Positions 55,275 to 64,000 of a stretch of DNA of 64,000 nucleotides are shown in pieces (within the stretch, counting starts at the first letter, position 1; each line of letters opens with the position of its first letter). Under the pieces are notes generated by a model. That model was not told the origin of the DNA and searched no databases. It worked only from the letters and a program-made list of their open reading frames with translations. The DNA is from Octopus vulgaris. Taxonomy: Eukaryota. Location: positions 30,194,001 to 30,258,000 of the forward strand of contig OX597832.1 in assembly GCA_951406725.2 (NCBI GenBank), read 5' to 3'. The translations under genes and the position numbers were made by a program.

Positions 55275-55759
55275 CTGAAATTAAACAAGAACAAATATGT
55301 CAAATCATACAGCAATGTCCTGACACATAGTGAAGATCTTAGTTTTTTTATAATTCCATTTAAATATAGGATGCATTATAGAAAAATAAATCTACCCTTT
55401 ACTGGTACATTACTTTATAAACCCCAGGAGAATGAAAGGCAAAATTGACCTCAGCAGGATTTGAACTCAAAGACACAAGGCATGTTGTTTGATAGTAACA
55501 GTTCTGTTAATTCATAAATATTATTTTTAATGAATACAAATTAATAAAACATAACAATAAAGATTACTTCATTTTCCTAGTAATTACTTCATTTAAAATT
55601 AACCAGAATGGGAACAGAAATATTTCAGATATTGGTCATTGATGAAAGACAGAATAATATACAATGTTAAAACTGGTTTAAATCTGATTTTTATGGAACA
55701 ATCAATCAATGAGACAGAAATAAAGTTTGATAGTGAGGCATATTAAAAGAACATCGAAA

Positions 55760-56360
55760 TTGAACCAAATCTTTTGACTGGCACCCGGCTGTTGCCAGAG
55801 CTGCTGGACTGACTCCTGTGCAGGTGGAAAGTAAAGAAACACCGTTTTGAGCCTGTGCTTGAGGAGACCTATTGAGTCAAGTACATCAACATCAAAAATC
55901 AATGGAAATTGTAGTTGTGATCCCTGTGCCAGTGGCACATAAAAAACACCATCCGAACGTGGCCGATGCCAGCGCCACCTTGACTGGCTTCTGTGCCTGT
56001 GGCACATGAAAAGCACCAACCAATCGTGGCTGTTGCCAGCCTCGCCTGGCACGTAAAAAGCACCATCCGAACATAGCCAATGCCAGTGCCGCCTTGACTG
56101 GCTTCTGTGCCGGTGGTACATAAAAAGCACCAACCGATCGTGGCCATTGCCAGCCTCGCCTGGCACCTGTGCCGGTGGCACGTAAAAAACACCCACTACA
56201 CTCACGGAGTGGTTGGCGTTAGGAAGGGCATCCAGCTGTAGAAACACTGCCAGATCAGACTGGAGCCTAATGCAGCCTTCTGGCTTCACAGACCCCAGGT
56301 GAACCATCCAACCCGTGCTAGCATGGAAAACGGACGTTAAACGATGATGATGATGATGAT
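55760..56360 (+). mobile_element. Long SINE-like family C copy with internal tandem units
   Basis: Repeated tggcac..aaaaagcacc units followed by the family C core and (GAT)n tail. Confidence 0.88.
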
Positions 56361-56458
56361 TGATTTTGATATTTTATTAATGAATAAAGAGTATATCCAG
56401 AATACATCTAGAAGAATGAAGAAAGTGGTTGCTTTATAAAAATGAAATAAATACTTAC

Positions 56459-56625
56459 GGAAGAAGAAAGTCCAAAGGAATGAGAAATCATCTTGGGAAT
56501 ATTGCTGGTTGACAAACTTTTGGTAGGTCTTTCAAAAAAGGTGACATAGTTTGGGGCATGTGCTATGTGAAGTAGATCACCAATGACAACAAGAGCACTG
56601 TTGCAGATCAGCAGCAGCAGAAAGG
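56459..56625 (-). CDS. ATP6AP2: ATP6AP2 exon 2 (signal peptide core)
   Basis: tttttccag|CC-FLLLLICNSALVVIGDLLHIAHAPNYVTFFERPTKSLSTSNIPKMISHSFGLSSS|gtaagt; 167 nt, phase 1/0; acceptor chosen for frame compatibility with exon 1. Confidence 0.88.
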
Positions 56626-56788
56626 CTGGAAAAACAATTTTTAGCAACAACTGTAAAAACTGAACAACAATAAGAAAAAAAAAAGAAAAAATGATAAGAA
56701 AGAAATGATGTCCAAATGAAAGAAGCAGAAGAAAATTCTAAATGTTTAATTAATGCCTTCATCATGTAATGCATCAAGAATGTTAGAG

Positions 56789-57362
56789 AAGGCGGCGAGC
56801 TGGCAGAATCATTAACATGCCAGGCGAAATGCTAAGCAGTATTTCATCTGCCGTTATGTTCTGAGTTCAAATTCCGCCGAGGTCAACTATGCCTTTCATC
56901 CTTTCGGGGTCGATTAAAATAAGTCCCAGTTACGCACTGGGGTCGATATAATCAACTTAATCCATTTGTCTGTCCTCTCTGTGTTTAGCCCCTTGTGGGT
57001 AGTAAAGAAATAGGTGTTTTGTCTGTCGTTACGTTCTGAGCTCAAATTCCGCCGAGGTTGACTTTGCCTTTCATCCTTTCAGGGTCAATAAATTAAGTAC
57101 CAGTTACGCACTGGGGTCGATATAATCGACTAAATCCATTTGTCTGTCCTATGTTTAGCCCCTTGTGGGTAGCCCCTTGTGGGTAGTAAAGAAATAAGTA
57201 TTTCATCTGTTGCTACAATCTGTATTCACTTCCACCGGGGTTGACTCTGCTTTACATCCTTTCGGAGTTGATTAAATAAGTACCAGTTATGGACTGGGGG
57301 TCAATGTAATCGACCTTAATCCCTTCCCCCAAATTTGAGGCCTTGTGCTTCCAGTAGAAAGG
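56789..57362 (+). mobile_element. SINE family A trimer; a further monomer at ~57725-57952(+)
   Basis: Three gcctttcatcctttc-like cores; atcaagaatg on both flanks (56773-56782, 57363-57372). Confidence 0.85.
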
Positions 57363-58523
57363 ATCAAGAATGAATGTATAAGGGATGGTGTTTGACCATC
57401 TGAACAACCAATTCATTGAATTTTATGTGAGACAAAAACTGGACCTCTGAATGGCAAGAGCCGTCCATCTGATGGGCTGCATCTACTCACTTTCACTCAG
57501 AGGACTTGAATCAACAGAAGGTTATAGTAAAAAAAACATCTGCCCCAGATGCTATGCAGTTGGATCATACACAAAGCATCATGACTGCAAACATTTTGAC
57601 CAGGTGACCAGGCCTGCACCCACATAAAGTAGCACATACACAGGTGTGTGTGTGTGTGTAGCCTCATAGTCAACTGTTACAAAGACAGAGGAGAGGTCTT
57701 AGACAGTGGTATCAAATTGCTTCAAGGCAGTGAGCTGGCAGAAACCTTAGCAGGCCAGACGGAATGCTTAGCAGTATTTTGTCTACCGTTATGTTCTGAG
57801 TTCAAATTCTGCTGAGGTCGCCTTTCATCCTTTCGGGGTCGATAAATTAAGTACCAGTTACACACTGGGGTCAATGTATTTAACTTAATCCGTTTGTCTG
57901 TCCTTGTTTGTCCCCTCTCTGTTTAGCCCCTTGTAGGCAATAAAAAAATAGATATAAGAACAATTCCCCTAATTAATGAGAGTGGAGTCAGATATTTTAC
58001 AACAACAACCATTTGCATACTCCCCAGCTCAGAATTCAGTCAGCTTTACATTTTATTTTCCCAAAGGTTAATAAGTACCAGTAATATAATGGATTGTATT
58101 TACTTGACTCTACAAAAAGTGGAGCATGTACCTAATCAAAAATATTACCACTACCACCACCGCTAACCTTGTTCCATTAATGAGAAAGTTATAAATACAA
58201 TAGACGGTAGAATATAATTAAACCCCACTTACTCTCTCGTAATTACTTGATTAAATATGTAAAGAGAAGTGGAGATATTAATGGTCTTAATTATAAGACA
58301 AAAGACAAGAATAAAGTATGATACAAAATAAGAAACGGTAGACAAGGACATGTTCTTAAACAATCACAATCTTTATATACATTTAATTATTATTATACCT
58401 TCTAATTGTTATAGACACACAGCTGTTGAGCGAAACAATTAGGAAATTGTTTCAGGAGAACAAGGACATGACGGTTTCAATACCCAGCGGTTCTACAGTC
58501 AAATCACTGAGTTTTCAGAAACA

Positions 58524-58905
58524 AGGTGCAGGAGTGGTTGTGTGGTAAGTAGCTTGCCTACCAACCACATGGTTCCGGGTTCAGTCCCACTGCGTGGCAC
58601 CTTGGGCAAGTGTCTTCTACTATAGCCTCAGGCCGATCAAAGCCTCGTGAGTGGATTTGGTAGACGGAAACTGAAAGAAGCCCGTCGTATGTATTTGTGT
58701 GTCTGTGTCTGTCTGTCCACCTAGCATTGCTTGACAACCGATGCTGGTGTGTTTACGTCCCAGTCACTTAGCGGTTCGGCAAAAAGAGACCGATAGAATA
58801 AGTACTGGGCTTACAAAAAGAATAAGTCCCGGGGTCGAGTTGCTCGACTAAAGGCGGTGCTCCAGCAGGGCCGCAGTCAAATGACTGAAACAAGTAAAAG
58901 AGTAA
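58524..58905 (+). mobile_element. SINE family B, full length, young
   Basis: A/B-box-like head, CpG-rich body, aagtaaaagag tail. Confidence 0.9.
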
Positions 58906-59268
58906 GCTCAACACAATGAGGAAACAGAATTCTTAGAATTGTCCTCATGAACAACAAATGAGGATAAAATCCCGAAATGTCTAATTAATTTCTTGATCAA
59001 TAAATCAGAAATAAATATTCTTCGCAGTAACAAACGATTGATTATTTTCAACAACCTCATTTGTTTTAATTATTTCAGTATTTAGTCCCGCCTGTGACAT
59101 GTGACAATTAAATTTCCGTCTTCTTCCCAGGTCACAGACATTCCTGTTACAACCATTTCTACTTCGTTCATTGTTAATGACCTTGTCACGAATGAATGTC
59201 GCAACTCCTCATCGAGACAATATTTTGTAAAGGTCCATCATGAAACTCCAACAGTCAAATTACAGCAA

Positions 59269-59281
59269 AGGTCAGAGGTCA
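59269..59281 (+). promoter_or_regulatory. Perfect DR1 nuclear-receptor motif in ATP6AP2 intron 1
   Basis: AGGTCA-G-AGGTCA; motif only. Confidence 0.35.
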
Positions 59282-59842
59282 TATTTCGAGGCACATACAA
59301 CAGTGCACAGAAGATTTTACAATAAAGATAAATGGAGTTCTGGTTAAAACAGCAAAAAAACCACAACCCAAATTTAATTGCTGTTGTGTTTGTGTATATT
59401 GAAATAACAGAATAAATATATTTCCTGTATTATCCAATCATGACTGCAACACTCTTACGGAATACATTTTATAAAATATTCTTTTACATATACTGTGTTT
59501 GTGTGTCTATAATGGAACACAGAACCGAAATGTAAGGTAAATAGAAAATAAATTCCATAGATCTGGTTTATAAATAATATCAATGATGCCGAATCCCTTT
59601 CACTGGATAATTCCATGTCTAAACACATTTACCGAAGACATCCACTTATAATTCAATTACCTGCACAAATTGGATTAATTGTTCTTTAATAACTAACTCC
59701 AATTATCAAAACAGGATTAGGCTTGGCTGTGATGGAAGAGAAATAAAGAGAGGAAAACATTTAAAGGAAAGCGTAGGATGTTTTTGAAGTCGATGATGAG
59801 AATGGCACCTCGCTTTACTTAACTGAATCTATATACACGATA

Positions 59843-59867
59843 AAGACAAACACAGGACAGTATATAT

Positions 59868-59901
<34 letters not shown>

Positions 59902-60100
59902 ACAAATACAGGATAGTGTATATATATATATATGTATATAATGACAACACAGGATAGTATATATATATACCTGCTCTTTCTAGTGGGTCGAATGGCCTAT
60001 CAAGGCCATTCCTTAAAATTGTTGTATATATATATATGACAAACACAGGATAATGTATATATATTTAATGACAAACACGGGATAGTGTGTGTATATATAT
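59843..60100. repeat. Compound repeat: acaaacacaggatag units separated by (TA)n
   Basis: About five copies. Confidence 0.85.
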
Positions 60101-60332
60101 AAATAGGTGTGTGTGTGTGCAGTTTGTAATTTAATGAAGCGAATCGAGTGGAGGTGAAGGTGAGACCCTCCTCCTTTCGGCTCTAAACCATTCTTAATAT
60201 TCGAACGACAACCATTCTACAAGAATTTAAACATTCTTTCTCTTACAAAAGATGGGAATATATAATATACGTCGGGTATCGATTGTTAATTAGCGGTTGA
60301 AAAAAAAATTCATTAAATTTGTGGTTAATTAC

Positions 60333-60372
60333 CTGAAGAGCAGAAGGAACGGAAGCCTCGAGTCGAAGACAT
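60333..60372 (-). CDS. ATP6AP2: ATP6AP2 exon 1 (coding part)
   Basis: ccaaaATGTCT.. MSSTRGFRSFCSS+G|gtaatt; 40 nt, phase 1 (as recalled for human intron 1); lies in a CpG-retaining patch next to promoter motifs. Confidence 0.78.
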
Positions 60373-60386
60373 TTTGGAGAGTAATA

Positions 60387-60449
60387 ATCACGTGACCGTG
60401 TGATCGTTCACATGATACGGAGAACCGGATACGGAAGTAGTCGTCTGCT
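60387..60449 (-). promoter_or_regulatory. ATP6AP2 proximal promoter: CLEAR E-box, M-box, ETS-like site
   Basis: GTCACGTGAT (60396->60387), TCATGTGA (60415->60408), CGGAAGT (60432-60438), AGCAGACGAC (60449->60440). Confidence 0.7.
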
Positions 60450-60582
60450 GTTGTCAATGGAGCTCAGCTGTTGATATCAGAAACGGTTGTGTACAATATA
60501 GACATCGACGTGAACAGCTGGAGTTATAATTATAATTATAAAGTGATCCCTCGCTACTTCGCGGTTCAACTATCGCGGATTT

Positions 60583-60614
<32 letters not shown>

Positions 60615-60645
60615 ACGGGAAGCTTTATGAAAATATATATATATA

Positions 60646-61032
60646 TCTTTATATATAAAAGAGAAGTTGTGTGTCTGTCCCCTTCGATTTAGATTCCTAA
60701 CTACTCCCACATTTTGCGGTGCAGTTTAACCAAAACCAGGTATCTTATAGTCGTGATTCATATCGAGCCCTTCTGGGTATTAGCGCGCGTCTACGATTTA
60801 AAAAAAAATTTACCATCATTTTTTTCCATTTTAATGCATTTTTTCGCTATTATATAAGGGAAGTAACTCTCTAAAAATGTCTACGATGAGTCACCGATTT
60901 TTTAAAAAAATTACCATCATTTTTTTTTCATTTTTAATGCATTTTTTTGCTATTTTTTGGCTATAACTCTCTAAAAATGCTTATATAGTTATTTCCCTTA
61001 CAAACCCGAGCAACGCCGGGCGATACTGCTAG
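60646..61032 (+). mobile_element. Non-autonomous Helitron just upstream of ATP6AP2
   Basis: A|TC start; end CCCGAGCAACGCCGGGCGATACTG-CTAG|T; internal ~100-bp duplication. Confidence 0.85.
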
Positions 61033-61154
61033 TATATATATATATATGAACGCCTAAAATTTTTCATTAAATCCATTAAAATATTAATAATAAATATTAT
61101 TTCCTAGTCTAGGAACAACAAAACAAGCGTAAAATAGCTTAAACAATCCTTATT

Positions 61155-61575
61155 CAGGGACCTCTTGAGCGGGATGGGCTACTCGACCAGAAGAAATTTC
61201 TAACTGGGCCACACCTGCGAAGTCATGTGCTGTTTATCTTGATATGAGATCACCATGTCACATACGTATGGTTGTGATGCATGTGCCTGGTGTATCCCTA
61301 TCAAACGGGTAGTCATGATGGGTATACTGGGCTTCGTATATTTGTACCCCAGTGTCACTTTGATGGCATGTACTGCTCTCTCACTCAACAACAACAATAA
61401 TAGTAATAATAATTATTATTATTAATTTAGATATCCACCAGTACAACACAAAAAACAACCAAATATATGGCACACTAGGCATAACAACAACGTGAACTTC
61501 CAACCTGTTGTCTCTTGAGGTCTCCGGGTGAGACTTGGAGCCAACTTGTACAAATATAAAGCAAAAGTCAAACAT

Positions 61576-61624
<49 letters not shown>

Positions 61625-61645
61625 TAATAATAATAATAATAATTA
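61155..61645 (+). mobile_element. Two stacked retroposon 3' ends with (AAT)n tails (family unassigned)
   Basis: Non-microsatellite bodies each ending in (AAT)n at ~61390-61410 and ~61580-61642. Confidence 0.5.
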
Positions 61646-62038
61646 CTTGGGTCGATTCGTTCGACTAAAAATTCTTCAAGGCGGTGCCCCAGCACGGCCA
61701 CAATTTAATGGCTGAAACGAGTAAAGAAGGGCCGGAAGGTTGCCAAGCCCTGATACTGATATTTTGCCAATCAATCAAACGGATGTCTTGGAACTAAACG
61801 TTTAATTGCAGAACTGTCTAATTGGCAGGTCTCAGGTTTTAACTAAAGGGTCAACTAGAGAAAGGAACCTCAAGTATCGGCTAACTTTGAAGAGGAAGGC
61901 CAGTTTTCAGAGTGCAGTTTTAGCTGTGTTATTTATGTGGGATCAGAAGAAGCTATGAGGCTCTGCATTTGTAGTCTTTCTGTTGTTTGTGACCCCCAAA
62001 CTAGAGTAGAGGAGGTAAAAAGATTATTTTCTCCATTT

Positions 62039-62347
62039 GCTGTTTGTTTGTTCCTTCTCGTGCCATGCCTGGCTCATAAGGGCCGGTTTCCCTGTTGCCT
62101 TGGCGTAGAGGTTCCCCACCTGGACGTGACGCCGGTCCGTCACAGGTGAGCTACAAGATGCAGGAGGAAAGAGTGAGAGAAAGTTGTGGCGAAAGAGTCA
62201 GCAGAAGTTCGCCATTACCTTCTGCCGGGGCCACGTTGAGCTTATGTGTTTCGATCACAAACACACACATCGCCCGATCTGAGATTCGAACCCGCGATCC
62301 CTCGACCGCGAGTCCGCTGCTCTAACCACCAGAGCCATGTGCCTCCG
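62039..62347 (-). mobile_element. tRNA-derived SINE (family E), 12-bp TSD
   Basis: Head GGAGGCACATGGCTCTGGTGGTTAGAGCAGCGGACTCG..GGTTCGAATCTC; TSD ttttctccattt at 62027-62038 and 62348-62359. Confidence 0.88.
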
Positions 62348-62907
62348 TTTTCTCCATTTAAGTAGTGAATTTGGTTCTACCTCACTGAAAAAGGACAGAT
62401 AAAAATTAGGGAAAGAATTATCTCCCTTTGACTGTTATTTTTCATAGAGTTTTTTTTTTTTAGTCAGCCTTCTCATTTTTTTTGTTCATATTTCGTGAAT
62501 AAGATATCTTGGATATTAATTGACCCAGAAATAAATCTAAAATACTTGCAGGGATTGGTGGGATAAGGGATGAGTTGCCAGTTGCCAATCCCTGAGAAGT
62601 GTTCAGTTATATACTAAAATATATGCCTGCTTTTAAAGTTTTAAGTGGATGGGATGTTTGGTTGTTAGTTCTGTCCGTACTTTCAATTCCAATCTTTAAT
62701 CAATTTAATCAATGTAACCCCAAATATACAGACTACATTCCAACTACTAGTTGTGAACTTGGTTGTTCCCTGGTGTCTTATACCACAACTGATCAATATC
62801 CCACATCACTGATAGGAGCACTCCGTCGGTTACGATGATGGGGGTTCCAGCTGATACAATCAACGGATCAGCTTGCTCGTGAAATTAAAGTGCAAGTGAC
62901 TGAGCAC

Positions 62908-63925
62908 TAGGCCTCGAAACCGGTTTTATATTATGATCAGTAAAACCGAAACCGATTTGCCAAAACCGATTTTAAGGCTTGCTGTTTCGGATCTTTTCAA
63001 TAAAAGATGTTTTATATAACACACTCTACCAGTATACGAAGTTTAAAAGTGTTTAGTTACAAATAACTATTTCTTAAACGTGCCCGTCAAAGTGAAAAGA
63101 TCCGCTGTTTCTTCTTTTTTTTTTTTTTTCGCAAAACATTTCTCCATTTTTTCTTTTCAAGAAATATCGTTGAAACTGAACTAACTGAACTGTTGTCGGT
63201 CGCCTTTAGTTGAGAGTGCAGTCTGTTTCATTGAAACATATCAATTCTCACCTTCTTTCCCCTTGAACCTTAGATCAGCACCTAGTCATCTCCTTCGCTA
63301 ACCCCCGGCTGACTCTTTGAATTTGCAGGTAACACAGTTTATTCATAGCAAGTCAAGAGGATGCTCTTAGTTTTCAGTCGGGTGATCTTTCCCGTTGAGC
63401 ATATGTAATAACCAGTTCCAGATTTTTTGATAAAAAAAGTGAAGAGATCGCCGTAACAGACGACAGTGATCGCCATAACAGACGACAGTGATCGCTAAAA
63501 CAGACGGTAGTGATGGTGAAGCTGACATAAGCTGACATAAGCCAACAAGACATACTTTGTCGAAAATGCTTGTTTTCCCCAGCTAAAACCTGAATTTAAC
63601 AAAGTTTTAAATAAGGTAAGAAAAATTTCAAAACTTTTCCATAAATCTCCTACAAAAAAAAATGAAATTTTGCAAGATTTTTTTACGAGCGAACTTTGAT
63701 AACAGAGAATATAAACTTCTACTGGATTGCAGAACTCGGTGGAATGGCACATTTCATATGATTGAGAGATTTTTGGGAATTGAAAAGCTGCATTCCAAAT
63801 GCTCTACGAGCAGAACTTTCCACAGATGCCCATCGCTGACGAAGAATGGAAAGCTCTCGATTTACTATATGAAATTCTGCATCCAGTAGAAATTATTTTG
63901 AAGGCTATTTGCGCTGATGATAATT
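62908..63925 (+). mobile_element. hAT transposon remnant
   Basis: KVLNKVRKISKLFHKSPTK..EILQDFL..KLLLDCRTRWNGTFHMIERFL (hAT DxxTRWNS motif); aaaccg subterminal repeats at 62915-62968. Confidence 0.8.
62989..63103. mobile_element. 115-bp MITE with 11-bp TIR and 8-bp TSD (Merlin-like GG termini)
   Basis: ggatcttttca ... tgaaaagatcc; gctgtttc at 62981-62988 and 63104-63111. Confidence 0.8.
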
Positions 63926-64000
63926 TTTTTTAAAACAAAGTAAATAAAACACAAAAACACAAAGTAAGGATCGACTAGTCACGACTAGCTAGCGCAGATG

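Noticed and set aside
55702-56307. 201-aa ORF (and related LQLDALPNANHS ORFs)
   Set aside because: Antisense translation of SINE family C copies
56408-56650. ORF-track protein starting at 56650
   Set aside because: TTG start in intron sequence and read-through past the donor; only 56625-56459 is exon 2
62270-62347. tRNA gene
   Set aside because: tRNA-like head of a TSD-flanked SINE; acceptor stem does not close

Overview
Eukaryotic, AT-rich, repeat-dense DNA. The SINE and microsatellite repertoire, recognised from memory, suggests an octopus genome. The window holds one complete protein-coding gene on the minus strand, ATP6AP2 ((pro)renin receptor / V-ATPase accessory protein 2): 8 coding exons from 60372 to 26232, all introns GT-AG, 1098 nt = 365 aa + stop, with a 22-kb intron 6. 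The ORF track misses or mis-frames most exons, and nearly all its other ORFs are microsatellite or SINE artefacts. The remainder is at least five SINE-like families, decayed RTE and CR1 LINEs, Tigger, mariner and hAT remnants, piggyBac-, Merlin- and Tc2-like MITEs, two non-autonomous Helitrons, a 19-bp minisatellite and many simple repeats. Highlights: (1) four unrelated Penelope-like remnants carrying five type I hammerhead ribozyme motifs, including a 281-bp spacer-less palindrome with an intact hammerhead on each strand; (2) the ATP6AP2 furin site reads HKTR, one A-to-I edit (CAC>CGC) from canonical RKTR; (3) a CLEAR + M-box promoter; (4) an RTE insertion with twin-priming geometry and a 15-bp TSD. 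No CRISPR array, rRNA or functional tRNA gene was seen. Repeat boundaries are approximate unless a TSD or TIR is quoted; family names are from recall, not database searches.
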